From the sequence record NZ_CP067424.1: a DNA stretch of 64,000 nucleotides; one strand, 5' to 3'. Numbering within the stretch: the first letter of the stretch is position 1; every line of letters begins with the position of its first letter. The translations under genes were made by a program, and so were the position numbers. The DNA is from a plasmid. This document shows positions 36,805-47,100 of this stretch, one piece after another. The notes below the pieces were generated by a model that saw nothing but the letters and a program-made list of their open reading frames with translations, did no database searches and was not told where the DNA came from.

Positions 36805-37422
36805 TCAAGGCTTGATCCAAAGGATCGGGGAGGCATTCTTCAGTAAAACATCATCCAGGGGAAACGGTCTGCCTCCTGAAGGAACCGATTTGTCACAGCC
36901 TTCGACCCCTATAAACTTTAGATTGTATAATCCTGGCTCTGTTCCTCTGTCGACATAGGCCAGATAGGCCTCTCCATTCGGCAGGGTGACTATGGACAGC
37001 CGCCCAATCGATCCGGCATCAACGATGTTTTCTTTTCTAAAATAGAGAACTGCTCTATGAAGCGGAGATAATGTGTTAAGAACTCTTATTCCCACGGTCC
37101 CTTCCGGAATGTTGGATGGAACTATAAAGGTGTCCTGTGTTGACACTTCATCTTCGACCAACCGGTTGTTGTGCTCGATATGGCCAACGATGTTTATTCT
37201 TTTTGATCTGATCCCTTCCAGTACCAGGCCGGCATTACTCAGGACATCCTCGATCGGTGCACCGATGAACTCCGCGATCCGAGCGGCCTCATCCAACTGC
37301 ATCCGGCGTTTGCCTTTGAACATCAGCGTGATCGCGCTCGGATCGAGGCCCAGATAGCGCGCGAGCAGGCGCTGGCTCAATCGTTTAAGGGCAAGTTGCT
37401 GTTGAAACCACTCCGCGTTCAT
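36805..37422 (-). CDS. XRE-family HTH fused to S24 (LexA/CI-like) peptidase-fold domain, repressor-like
   Basis: The N-terminal HTH is LSQRLLARYLGLDPSAITLMFKGKRRMQLDEAARIAEFIG. The C-terminal 110 aa have a LexA/CI-like beta fold but no clear GDSM motif. GC content is lowered. Confidence 0.65.
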   Translation of the reverse strand: MNAEWFQQQLALKRLSQRLLARYLGLDPSAITLMFKGKRRMQLDEAARIAEFIGAPIEDVLSNAGLVLEGIRSKRINIVGHIEHNNRLVEDEVSTQDTFIVPSNIPEGTVGIRVLNTLSPLHRAVLYFRKENIVDAGSIGRLSIVTLPNGEAYLAYVDRGTEPGLYNLKFIGVEGCDKSVPSGGRPFPLDDVLLKNASPILWIKP

Positions 37423-37922
37423 GGCATTTCCAGCAGCTTTTCATATAAAACAACATCAACATGCTACGTTATTATATCAACGGGCAGATAAGGGGATTAT
37501 GGATGGGAGGAGGCAGGAAGTCGGGCTTTTCTGGCTTTGGCCAAGCTTATTCGTTTTCGACGATGCCCGGCTGAAGACCTGTATAGCCCGCTCGGCCAGG
37601 CAAGGCGCTGTTGACGGGAGGGGTTGTCAACTACCGAGGCCGGTGTGAGCCGCATTTCCGATGCGTTCGTGAGTCGAGCCGCCACCGAGCGGCGACCGGC
37701 TCGTCAGCGGCCGAGGTCAACAGGGTTCGCGGGGACCCGCGCGCACAAGCGCAGCGCGGAGCGTGGGCGGAACCCTGTTGACCCCCACCCGATGAATACC
37801 CTTCTGGCTCTCCTCCGGTTGCCACCGGCAACCGGAGGAGATGCCGGCCCGGCGAGGGCACTGCTTTTCCCTTGCCCGGTTCTTGGGCGGATGAACACCG
37901 CCACAACTCTGGGCACCCGATT

Positions 37923-38485
37923 TCACTCGACCGTGATGGACTTCAGCTGCTCCACCCATCGCAGGAGGTACATGTCCTGACCGGGTTCGGGGGACCTGCG
38001 CGGCGGGTGGACCATCCGGATCGGTCCGCCGTCGCGACGCGACAGGAAAGCGCCGTCGCGCCGCAGGGCCAGCAGCACCGGCCAGGTCCGGGCGCCGGCG
38101 ATCGGCACCCGAACCGCGAGGTCGTCGAGCCCCGTCAGCACCAGGGTCGTGGCCGTCGCATCGGTTCCCACGGCATTGAGCACGGCGACCAGCGGCACTC
38201 CCTCGAACAGGAAGGGGGCGGCCATCCGGTTCGTCGCGGTGGTGAGGCGGGTCAGTCCGAGACCTTCCAGCGCCCCGCGATCGAACCGAACCGAACCGGG
38301 GCGGGGAACCCGGTCCTGCCATCGATCGTGAGAACGACCGGGCCGGTCGGCTCCGGAATAACCACGCCTGATCCGGCCCTCGTCTCCGCCACGGTGCCGT
38401 GGACCGGAGAGGCCGCACAATCCGGATCACGTGATGCGGGAACCGGGACCAGGACAAGCAGCAGAGTGACAAGCCGCTTCAGCAC
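37923..38485 (-). pseudogene. Periplasmic molybdopterin-oxidoreductase-like (Oxidored_molyb-type) protein, apparently frameshifted
   Basis: A signal peptide plus start of the domain lie in frame 38252..38485 (MLKRLVTLLLVLVPVPA...GPVVLTIDGRTG). The rest of the domain lies in frame 37923..38420 (...LTRLTTATNRMAAPFLFEGVPLVAVLNAVG...). The two frames overlap at about 38280-38300. Confidence 0.35.
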
Positions 38486-38518
38486 ACGGCATCTCCCGAC
38501 CGGAGCCGCTTCACGGGC

Positions 38519-39166
38519 TCAGCCCCGGTCCGGCCCGCCGATCATGGCCAGGAACTCCCGGCGGGTTGTCGGGTCGGCCTGGAACGCGCCGAGCATGCGG
38601 CTGGTGACCATGCTGACACCTGGCTTGTGGACGCCGCGCGTGCTCATGCACTGGTGCTCGCCCTCGATCACCACCGCGACGCCGAGCGGCTGGAGCACCT
38701 GCTCGATCGTGTTGGCGATCCGCGAGCTCATCTTCTCCTGGATCTGCAGGCGCTTGGCGTAGGCTTCGACCACTCGGGCCAGTTTGCTGATGCCGACGAC
38801 GCGGTGCCTGGGCAGGTAGCCGACATGGGCCCGGCCGATGATCGGCACCATGTGGTGCTCGCAGTAGCTCTCGAACCGGATGTTCCTCAGCACCACCATC
38901 TCGTCGTAGCCGTCGGTCTCCTCGAAGGTGCGCTGCAGCAGCCCGACCGGATCAACGCCGTAGCCGGCGAAGAACTCCCCGGACGAGCGCACGACCCGGT
39001 CGGGCGTGCCGAGCAGGCCCTCGCGGTCCGGATCGTCGCCGGCCCACAGCAGCAGGGTACGCACCGCGGCTTCGGCCTGGACCCGGGTCGGCCGGCCGGC
39101 TGCGGCGTCATGGCTGTGGCCGGGATCCGGTTCGGCAAGGCTTTTCAGGACGGGAGCGGAACCCAT
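38519..39166 (-). CDS. folE: GTP cyclohydrolase I
   Basis: Carries ...[18 protein letters not shown]...[15 protein letters not shown]..., the zinc-site and family motifs of FolE. Confidence 0.9.
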   Translation of the reverse strand: MGSAPVLKSLAEPDPGHSHDAAAGRPTRVQAEAAVRTLLLWAGDDPDREGLLGTPDRVVRSSGEFFAGYGVDPVGLLQRTFEETDGYDEMVVLRNIRFESYCEHHMVPIIGRAHVGYLPRHRVVGISKLARVVEAYAKRLQIQEKMSSRIANTIEQVLQPLGVAVVIEGEHQCMSTRGVHKPGVSMVTSRMLGAFQADPTTRREFLAMIGGPDRG

Positions 39167-39410
39167 GGATGTCTCCGGAGATGTCAGCGTCAGCGCCTCG
39201 GGCGTGCGCGCCAGACTGGCCCCGGCATGTTAAAGATCCTATAACTTCAAGGTATCTGATCGAAACGGAGAGCTGATCGCCGGGGTGAACGCTATTCGGG
39301 CTGCGATGCCCAGGCAGGAGTCACAGCAACGCATTCCCGGATAGGAGCCTGGCTGCTTCCAGGTGTCGGCACCGGGCCGGGATTTCGCCACCGAGAAACG
39401 CAAGGCACAG

Positions 39411-40535
39411 ATGGACGAGAAACCGGACCCTGCCGACGATCCCGAGCGGCTCGCGGCCCTGCACGATTACCAGGTCCTCGACACACCGCGCGAGGCCGCC
39501 TTCGACACCCTGGTCGAACTCGCCGCCCGGATCTGCGCGGTGCCGGTCGCGGTGATCAACCTGGTCGAGAGCCGCCGCCAGTGGTTCAAGGCCGAGCTTG
39601 GCCTGGGTGTGCGGGAAACCCCGATCGACGTGTCGATCTGCCGCCACTTCCTGCTGCGGCCCGGCCTGACCGTCGTCCCGGACACGCTGCGCGACGAGCG
39701 CCTGTGCTGCAATCCCCTGGTGACGGCCGACGACGGCCTGCGCTTCTACGCCGGCTGCCTGCTGCAGACCGCCGACGGGCACGCCATCGGTACCCTGTGC
39801 GTGCTCGACCGGCGCCCGCGCGACCTCGACGCGGACCAGCGCTTCGCGCTGCGGGCGCTGGCGGACCAGGTCATGGCCCAGCTCGAGCTGCGCCGGACGC
39901 TGCGGCAGAAGAGCCGGCTGCTGGAGCGTCACGAGCTGCTGATCCGCGAGGTCAACCACCGCACCAAGAACAACCTCCAGCTGATCAGCAGCATCATTAG
40001 CCTGCAGCTGCGCTCGATCGACGATCCGGCGGCGCGGGCGGCGCTGCTCGACACCGGCAGCCGCATCCGCAGCATCGCCGCGGTGCACGAGCAGCTCTAC
40101 CGGGCCGACCAGGTGGGCGCGGTGGACCTCGGCACGTTCCTGCAGGCCCTGGCCCCGGGGCTGCAGTCGTCGGCGCCCCACGGCGTCACGCTCACCGTCG
40201 AGGCGGCCCCGGTCCCGGTCCCCCTCGACACGGCGGTTCCGGTCGCGCTGATGGTCAACGAGTTCGTCACCAACGCGCTGAAGTACGCCTACGGCGAGGG
40301 CACGGGCGGTCCGGTCCGGGTCGTGCTCCGGACCGTCGGCGGGCGGGTCGAGCTCGTGGTGCGGGACCATGGCCGGGGACTGCCGGCCGACTTCGACCTG
40401 CGGCGGAGCCGCTCGCTGGGCATGCGCATCATCCTGTCGCTCGCCGGGCAGATCGACGCCGCCGTCGTCATCGGCAACGCCGATCCCGGGACCGAGTGCC
40501 GGGTGAGCTTCGGCGCGGCGGTCCCGTCCGCCTGA
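39411..40535 (+). CDS. GAF-domain sensor histidine kinase, HWE/HisKA_2 type
   Basis: An N-terminal GAF domain, then the H-box EVNHRTKNNLQLISSIISLQ and a HWE-type ATPase domain. Confidence 0.8.
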   Translation: MDEKPDPADDPERLAALHDYQVLDTPREAAFDTLVELAARICAVPVAVINLVESRRQWFKAELGLGVRETPIDVSICRHFLLRPGLTVVPDTLRDERLCCNPLVTADDGLRFYAGCLLQTADGHAIGTLCVLDRRPRDLDADQRFALRALADQVMAQLELRRTLRQKSRLLERHELLIREVNHRTKNNLQLISSIISLQLRSIDDPAARAALLDTGSRIRSIAAVHEQLYRADQVGAVDLGTFLQALAPGLQSSAPHGVTLTVEAAPVPVPLDTAVPVALMVNEFVTNALKYAYGEGTGGPVRVVLRTVGGRVELVVRDHGRGLPADFDLRRSRSLGMRIILSLAGQIDAAVVIGNADPGTECRVSFGAAVPSA

Positions 40536-41650
40536 ACCGGGCTCCGGAAGCCTTGGGCAACGGCATCGTCGTGACCCGGCAGCCGACCGGGCCAGGGTCG
40601 TTCGGCGACAGACGCTTTCGTCGGCAACCGCTTGTTAGCTGCCCGGCCCGTATCCTCCGGTTCGCTTATCATGAGGTTGACCGCGTGCCTGCTCCCTTAC
40701 CCGTCGAGACCGATACCGAACTGCGCTACGCCGTGGCGCTGTCCTGCGAGCTATCCCGCAAGCGCCGCCGGTCGCTCTACGATGCCTGGTTCGCCGCGCG
40801 GGCGATCGCCCTGGAGATCCGCCCCGAACTGGATGAACTCGAGGCCGGCCGCCGCGCGATGATGATCATCGCCTGGATCATGGTCCGGCAGGATGGCGAC
40901 GCCCGCCCGTCCGGCGAACCGCTTCGCCTCGCCGGGTAAGCCCCGGTCCGGGAGGGTCGCACCTTGCCCCGCCAGCCATCAACCGCGGAGCAGAGAGGCC
41001 CACGCCAGGGCGGTGGCGTGGGCCTCTCGTTCCGACTTCACTGCTTGCTTGTCAGACGGTCGCCATACCAGCCAGAAAGGCGACACGGCTTCAACGGCCT
41101 GAGGGGCGTGACAGGCGCGTCTTCCAACTGAATTAAGTCTTTTGGGTGGAACCGGCTGGTGGCCCAGGAGGTGCGAATCTCCTCCTGGACAGGATGAACG
41201 GGGACGACGCCGGGGTCTCGTAACGGACAGGTGCTATACTGCCGCCGGGTCTGCAACGCGTGTCAGGGCCGGGCCATCACCGGTCCCGGCCAGACTCCCC
41301 GGTTGAAGCACCTTTAGCGAGACAGACATGAGGCACTGAGCATCGGGATCGTTGTGCCAGGAAGGGTATGTCATGTCGGTTCGATTTCAGATCGCTTCGC
41401 TGGTTTTCATGATGGTCGATGCCGTGGTCTTTGATTTCGGTGCCGTTCTCGTTCCCGGCATTCCCGTGCTGGCCGCCAACGCGCAGATCCAAGTCCCGGT
41501 CGTCGTTGCCAGTGTTCTTGTCTCCACGCCCTGTCCTGGGTGATCGCGCCCCGCCTTCGGCTGCGCTACCGCCAAGATTTGCGCCGTTACGTGCTTTAGC
41601 AAGGGCACTCGGGAGAGGGCCGACGCGTGTGAACTGACTCGCTCCCGTCT

Positions 41651-41947
41651 TCAGGACGTTGCCAAGGCGCGGACCTGCGAGACGATGACCTGGGACACGT
41701 CGTCCAGGCGTGCCGCCAAGTTCTTCAGCCGACCTGCCGACCCCGGGGACCGCACATCCAATGTGTCGATCTCCCGGCGCAGGGCCTCGATGACCGGCCC
41801 TAGGGCCAGGCAGAGATCCTGTTCGGTTTGTCCCTGGAGCCATTGGGCCAGCTCCTCGATCTGGTCGAGGCCGCCGAGCACGGTGGCTTTGTCCTTCTCC
41901 AGCCGGACGCGGAGCACGTCCAGGCGGCGGGCGGCGAGTGTCGGGTG
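41651..41947 (-). CDS. Hypothetical coiled-coil protein downstream of the MCP gene
   Basis: MHPTLAARRLDVLRVRLEKDKATVLGGLDQIEELAQWLQG..., about 99 aa. Confidence 0.3.
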   Translation of the reverse strand, partial: HPTLAARRLDVLRVRLEKDKATVLGGLDQIEELAQWLQGQTEQDLCLALGPVIEALRREIDTLDVRSPGSAGRLKNLAARLDDVSQVIVSQVRALATS

Positions 41948-42029
41948 CATGGTTTTCGATCTCCTCAGGGCGGATCGGAAGGGGCGCGGGGCCGGCCGCT
42001 CCGCGACGGCTGGCCCGCTCTTTGCTGAT

Positions 42030-44105
42030 TCAGGCGGCGCGGATGCCGGCGAGGAAGCGCTCGACCTCGCGCCGCAGCGCCTCGGCCTGGCGGGCCAGCT
42101 CGCCCGACGCGCCCAGCACCTGGGATGCTGCCGCGCCGGTCTGGCCGGCCGCTTGCGTGACCTGGACGACGTTGCCCGACACCTCGGCCGTGCCGGCCGC
42201 CGCCTGGGCGACGTTGCGCGAGATCTCGGCCGTCGCCGCACTCTGCTCCTCGACCGCGGCGGCGATCGTGGTGGTGATCTCGTTCATCTCGCCGATCGTG
42301 CCGCCGATGCCCTGGATGTCGGCCACGGCTCCGTCGGTGACGGCCTGCATGGCCGCGATCTGGGCCGCGATCTCCTCGGTCGCCCTGGCGGTTTGGGTCG
42401 CCAGGTTCTTGACTTCCGAGGCGACCACGGCGAAGCCCTTGCCGGCCTCGCCGGCCCGGGCCGCCTCGATCGTGGCGTTCAGTGCCAGCAGGTTGGTCTG
42501 GCTGGCGATCGACTGGATCAGCCCGACCACCTGGCCGATCCGGCCGGCCGCCTCGGCCAGGCCCCGGACCGTGTCGTTGGTCCGCCCGGCCTGCTCGACC
42601 GCCTGGCCGGCGATGCCGGTCGAGCGCACCACCTGGCGCGAGATCTCCTGCAAGGAGCCGGTCATCTCCTCGGATGCCGCCGCCACGGTCGAGACGTTGG
42701 CCGACGTCTGCTCGGCCGCGGCCGCCGAGGCGGTGGCCTGGCGCGAGGTCTCCTCGGCAATGGCCGCCATGCTCCGGGCCGTGCTGTCCAGCTCGGTCGC
42801 GGCCGAGGCCACCGTGCGCAGGATCTCGCCGACGCCGCCCTCGAAGCCGCCGATCAGCCGCTCGACCGCCGCCGCCCGCGCCTCCTTGGCGGCCCGTTCG
42901 GCCGCCTGCGCCTCCTCCAGCCGGACCCGCTCCACCGCGTTGTCCCTGAACACCTGGACCGCCTGCGCCATGGCGCCCAACTCGTCCCGGCGCTCGGTAC
43001 CGGCGATGACGACGGCGAGGTTGCCGCCGGCCAGGTCGCGCATGGCAGTGGTCATGGATTGCAGCGGGCGGACAAGTCTTCTGCCGACGAGCAGGAACGA
43101 CAAACCCGCCAGGCCGGCTCCCAGGGTGAGTGTCAGGGCCGCAACCATCATGTGCCACAGGGCAGCCCGCGACGACGTCTCGACCTCCTGCCCGATCGCC
43201 CCGGTCGCCGCCTGCTGCAGGGCCAGGATGGTGTCGATCGCCCGTGTCGATGTCGCGATCCAGGCAGCGGCATCGATCGGATAGGCTTCTCCTCCGGTGC
43301 CGGCGCGGTACACGTGCCTGCGGGTTTGCTCGAAGGTATCGAAGAACCCCGACCGAACGCTGGTGACGGCAGCCGCGACATCCGGCGGCGCGTTCTCGGC
43401 GAGCCCTTGGACCATCGTCCAGGCCAGCTCGACTTGGCCGCGGTAGCCGGCGAGAAGAGCGGCCCGCTCGAGCTTCAGGGGCTCGCCCGCGGCGATGGTG
43501 CCGCCGACTTGCGCGCGTTCGCGTCCGGCGTACTCGCTCATGATCCAGGCAAAGTGCCGTAGAGCCTGGAGGTTGGCCAGGGTGGCGCTCCGGTCCCCGG
43601 TGCCCCTCGTCACGGCCAACCTCAGGTCCTGGCTGGCCATGATCAGTCCCGTGGCTGCCGGCACCCATCCGGACAGGACCAGGCCATCGCGCCGATCCTT
43701 CGGCAGGGCCAGGTTCCGGTCCACCTGTCGGCGGGTATCCTGGAAGGAGGCCAGGAGTTCCTCGACGGTGCGGATCCGGCCGGTCTCGCGACCGTCGTCG
43801 AGCCGGTCCAGCTCCGCCAGCGCCGTCCGGATCGCCGTGTCGGCCGCTTCGCGGCGCTGGCCGATCAGGTCGAGCGCGCCGGCAGCGGCGGGTTCGGCCG
43901 CCGCCAGTGCGGCGGCCGTGGCGCCCCGCTCGACCGCCCAGTGGCCCGCGGCTGACAGGAGCTGATCGCTGACCGGGTTGGTTTCGGCCACCAGCTGCGT
44001 GCCACGGTGGCGTGTCCAGGCGTCGGCCGCGATCCACAGGGTGCTCGCCAGAACGACTGCAGCCAGGGCACCGATCACCAGCATGATCAAACTTCGAATA
44101 GACAT
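42030..44105 (-). CDS. Methyl-accepting chemotaxis protein
   Basis: A TM segment, a HAMP domain and an MCP signalling domain with ...[40 protein letters not shown]. The start is taken at MSIRSLIML. Confidence 0.9.
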   Translation of the reverse strand: MSIRSLIMLVIGALAAVVLASTLWIAADAWTRHRGTQLVAETNPVSDQLLSAAGHWAVERGATAAALAAAEPAAAGALDLIGQRREAADTAIRTALAELDRLDDGRETGRIRTVEELLASFQDTRRQVDRNLALPKDRRDGLVLSGWVPAATGLIMASQDLRLAVTRGTGDRSATLANLQALRHFAWIMSEYAGRERAQVGGTIAAGEPLKLERAALLAGYRGQVELAWTMVQGLAENAPPDVAAAVTSVRSGFFDTFEQTRRHVYRAGTGGEAYPIDAAAWIATSTRAIDTILALQQAATGAIGQEVETSSRAALWHMMVAALTLTLGAGLAGLSFLLVGRRLVRPLQSMTTAMRDLAGGNLAVVIAGTERRDELGAMAQAVQVFRDNAVERVRLEEAQAAERAAKEARAAAVERLIGGFEGGVGEILRTVASAATELDSTARSMAAIAEETSRQATASAAAAEQTSANVSTVAAASEEMTGSLQEISRQVVRSTGIAGQAVEQAGRTNDTVRGLAEAAGRIGQVVGLIQSIASQTNLLALNATIEAARAGEAGKGFAVVASEVKNLATQTARATEEIAAQIAAMQAVTDGAVADIQGIGGTIGEMNEITTTIAAAVEEQSAATAEISRNVAQAAAGTAEVSGNVVQVTQAAGQTGAAASQVLGASGELARQAEALRREVERFLAGIRAA

Positions 44106-44271
44106 TATTCGCACATACCCATGATCAACAAGCGAAGATGTAGAGATAGGGGCGGTCAAAAGCGACCGATACCGGGTGCGTACCCAGCAGCAAAGCTTCT
44201 TTTTCCGATCTCGACCGGATGGTTTTTTATTCACGTGTAGCTTAAGCAATAGTTTAGGACTGCATTTTCCA

Positions 44272-44604
44272 TTATTTATTCACTGCTGTGCCATCTGCTA
44301 TGGTGTAGTTGAAAGGCAGTCGTCGCTCGCTGGCTGCCAGGCACGGCAGAGATCGGCGCAGCCGGACACCCGGCTCGACACCGACTGTGCCGGGTTTCGA
44401 GCCGGTGAGCGGCGGCGTTGACGGGCGGATCGGATCCGTGCAGGCCGACGGCGGCGCATCCGTTTCCGGCGTGCCGTCCTCTTCAGGGCGGGTGAACTGG
44501 TAACGACATCGCCTGCAGCGCCAGCGCTGCCGGCCCGCGACGAAGCCGAACCGGATCACGCGGCGACTGCCGCACCGGGGGCAGCACGGGGGATTGGGGA
44601 CCAT
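44272..44604 (-). CDS. Zinc-ribbon protein resembling the N-terminal Zn finger of IS1/IS1595-type transposases
   Basis: Contains [30 protein letters not shown]. No DDE domain follows. Confidence 0.3.
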   Translation of the reverse strand: MVPNPPCCPRCGSRRVIRFGFVAGRQRWRCRRCRYQFTRPEEDGTPETDAPPSACTDPIRPSTPPLTGSKPGTVGVEPGVRLRRSLPCLAASERRLPFNYTIADGTAVNK

Positions 44605-44739
44605 CACGCCCTCGAAGTTAAGTTCCCCTGAATTACAGACGATCCGGCCCGCGTCCGTAACTCCCCTTGCGGACATCCTGGAAATCCAGCTGCATCATCC
44701 GAAAACGCGGGGCCCTTCGAACGGCTTGAGCGACCCCGG

Positions 44740-45126
44740 TCAGCTCGGCTTGCCCTTCCGCTCGAACGCGGCGGCGATCGCCCCGACCAGGGCGGAATAG
44801 GTCACCGGCTTGATCAGGATATCGGTCGCACAGTGGCGCGCCTCCGCCGCCCGCCGGTAGTCGGCCGTGACGAAGATGATCGACACCCCGAGCGACGCCA
44901 GCTCGACGGCGACTGAAACGCCATCGACGCCGCCGAGCAGGCCGATGTCGACCAGCGCCAGATCGGGTACCTGCCGCTGCACCTGCTCCAACGCAGCTTC
45001 CGCACTCGGCGTCGGACCGACTACCGTGTAGCCGGCGTTCCTCAACATGGCCGACCAGCCGTCGGCGATGAGAGGATTGTCCTCACACACGAGAACCCGT
45101 CCGCCCTCCGCCCGTCCGACATCCAT
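44740..45126 (-). CDS. Single-domain response regulator (CheY-like receiver)
   Basis: RVLVCEDNPLIA...LALVDIGL..G.DG...IIFVTA...ILIKP. Confidence 0.8.
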   Translation of the reverse strand: MDVGRAEGGRVLVCEDNPLIADGWSAMLRNAGYTVVGPTPSAEAALEQVQRQVPDLALVDIGLLGGVDGVSVAVELASLGVSIIFVTADYRRAAEARHCATDILIKPVTYSALVGAIAAAFERKGKPS

Positions 45127-45460
45127 GGCCCGCTCCCACGCCGCGATGAAATGAGAAGCGATCGTTGGGGTTTTTCTTTAATGATTCGTTAACTCCGAGC
45201 AAAATACGCATCCCATGGGTGGAACAACGTCTTTCACCGAGATCGGGTCGAAGGTAAAAATCAACCTCAGCTCTCTGTTCGGGAAATCACACCCGGCCTG
45301 GTGAGGGAAGGCGAAGGCCTCCAGATCAGGAGGTCGCAGTGGGGGGAAACCCGCTCCGGAACGGGACGGAGCGGGTTTTTCCCATGGTTCCGGAAGGGAT
45401 GTGCGGTCTGATCCGCCGAGGTTTGCCGTTCCTCGCGGTTCGGTGCGGGAGCGGGCCTGA

Positions 45461-45841
45461 TCATCTTCCCGTCGGGGATCGATCGCTTGTACAAGACGAT
45501 GCGGGGACTTGCTGGCCCGGGCCTGCGTCGCTGTGACCCGGGTGCTGGACAGGCACGGCGTGGCGGTGGCTGGGGGACTTGGAGCCCAGTGCCCTGTCGA
45601 TCGTCGCGAACAGCTTCGACGGCGACACGGGTTTGAGGATGAAGGGAACCGGCAGGGTCGGCTGGTCATCGGCCGACATCAGAACCACGGGCACGTCGAA
45701 GCGCCTCAGGACGCGTTCCGCGACATCGATCCCGGAGGAGTCAGCAAGATGGATGTCGATCAGGCAAAGCTCCGGCCGGAGACGCTCGATGCCCGCTACC
45801 GCCGCGTCGGCAGCCTCGGCGACCCGCTGGTTCGGCAGAAA
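45461..45841 (-). pseudogene. N-terminally truncated response-regulator receiver domain
   Basis: The in-frame sequence ...LPNQRVAEAADAAVAGIERLRPELCLIDIHLADSSGIDVAERVLRRFDVPVVLMSADDQ...ILKP lacks the first about 35 residues, and a stop lies immediately upstream. Confidence 0.4.
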
Positions 45842-46152
45842 TTACTGGCCTGCACTCTACAGTGACGGCAACTTCATACAGGCGCTTCGCGGCGCAGGCC
45901 GACTGGAGGGGAGGAGCCATATGGAGTACAGGGGCTACATTTCCGGACTGATCCGGATCAACGCGGCAAACGGCACTTTCGCCGGCACGGTTGCCGGTAT
46001 CCGCGACGTGATCTACTACTACAGCCGGGACTTTCCGATAATGATCGGATCTGTCCCACGATATCAATAAGTTAGCTGAATCGCCTTGGTTTTGCCCTGT
46101 CCCGTAAATTATTGATATCATTGGGACTGTCGAAAAGTCCCGGCTGTAGTAC

Positions 46153-46254
46153 TACAGCGGATCGCGTTAAATCCGGATCGCTTTGGAGCGTGATGTCGCC
46201 CGGCAACGCCAAAAGAACGGTAGGGATGCTTCGGATTTAGCGCACGGCACTGTA
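46153..46254. repeat. 102-bp inverted repeat, copy A
   Basis: Reverse complement of 49971-50072 with about 97% identity. Confidence 0.85.
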
Positions 46255-46479
46255 AACGAGGTGCGCCCCCGGCTCCCCGGCAAAGTGCCGGACAGGACGA
46301 CTTCGCCCGGCAGATCGGACTCCAGCAAGGCTCCACCGCCGGGACGGTCGTGCCAGGCCGGGGGCATGGCACGCGGGCTTGGGCCGGATGCAGTCCAGGC
46401 AGCCAAACGGCATCAGGAAAATGCAGGTACGCATGCCGGCACTTTCGATTGAACAGAGTTGGCATTGAGGCTGTTTGCC

Positions 46480-46563
46480 CAGTACGGCTGCTGTGCCGCG
46501 ACACCTTCTTTGGGTGTCTCCTCCCTAGACTCAGGCCGCCTGTCGAAGGCGGCCTTATTTTTG
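46480..46563 (+). repeat. Conserved 85-bp element ending in a terminator hairpin, copy 2
   Basis: CAGTACGGCTGCTGTGCCGCGACACCTTCTTTGGGTGTCTCCTCCCTAGACTCAGGCCGCC-tgtcgaa-GGCGGCCTTATTTTTG matches 16482-16568. Confidence 0.5.
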
Positions 46564-46720
46564 CACAAAATGGAGCGTTCGCCAATTGCAATCGAACCAT
46601 CCTGTGTCGTTCTCCCGGAACCGTGCACAGGGAACAGCCTTCTCGGGGCATGGCGTCGGTCTGCCCGGGCGGGCGCTGCAGGGCGGGCACAACCGCTGGA
46701 AAATCGGAGCCCGAGCTTAG

Positions 46721-47060
46721 TCAACGCGGCCATCCCGGCCGGAGGACCAGCAGCCCGACGGTGTCGGTGTCGGTGACGGCATGGGCAATGATGATGTTGG
46801 CGAGCAGATCCTGGCGCCCATCGTCGAACCCACCAAGGCACAGGCTGTCGAGGATACGGGCCAGGACAGAGTGAAGAACCCACATGAGAAGAGCCGACAG
46901 GGCCAGCCCCCAGGCAAAGGACCCGCTTCCGAACCCGTGCCAGCCGATCGAGGCGAGCGGTTGCCTTTCCCAGAGCAGGACGAGCACCACGATGGTCGCC
47001 GTCAGGACAAGAAGGTAAACCTGTCGAGGACGCGGGTGCACAGGGCGTGCTCGGCTCCGA
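46721..47060 (-). CDS. Possible small membrane protein (start codon unclear)
   Basis: The in-frame sequence VYLLVLTATIVVLVLLWERQPLASIGWHGFGSGSFAWGLALSALLMWVLHSVLARILDSLCLGGFDDG is hydrophobic, and no ATG is seen. Confidence 0.2.
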
Positions 47061-47100
47061 GGCATCGGTGACCGGACTGGCGCCGCTTGAGGCAGAACAT

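Noticed and set aside
41685-44249. Several 600-700-aa ORFs on both strands (41685..43562 +, 41965..44037 -)
   Set aside because: They are alternative frames of the MCP gene 42030..44105, whose MCP signalling-domain motifs define the real frame.
45921-46070. 49-aa ORF (MEYRGYISGLIRINAANGTFAGTVAGIRDVIYYYSRDFPIMIGSVPRYQ) with GGAGG upstream
   Set aside because: It is too short and unsupported to call. It lies in what looks like degraded sequence between the truncated response regulator and the inverted repeat.
46118-46690. 190-aa minus-strand ORF running through inverted-repeat copy A
   Set aside because: Its sequence is dictated by the repeat and by the terminator-like element. The product has no coding character, and a similar spurious ORF appears at copy B (49484..50236).
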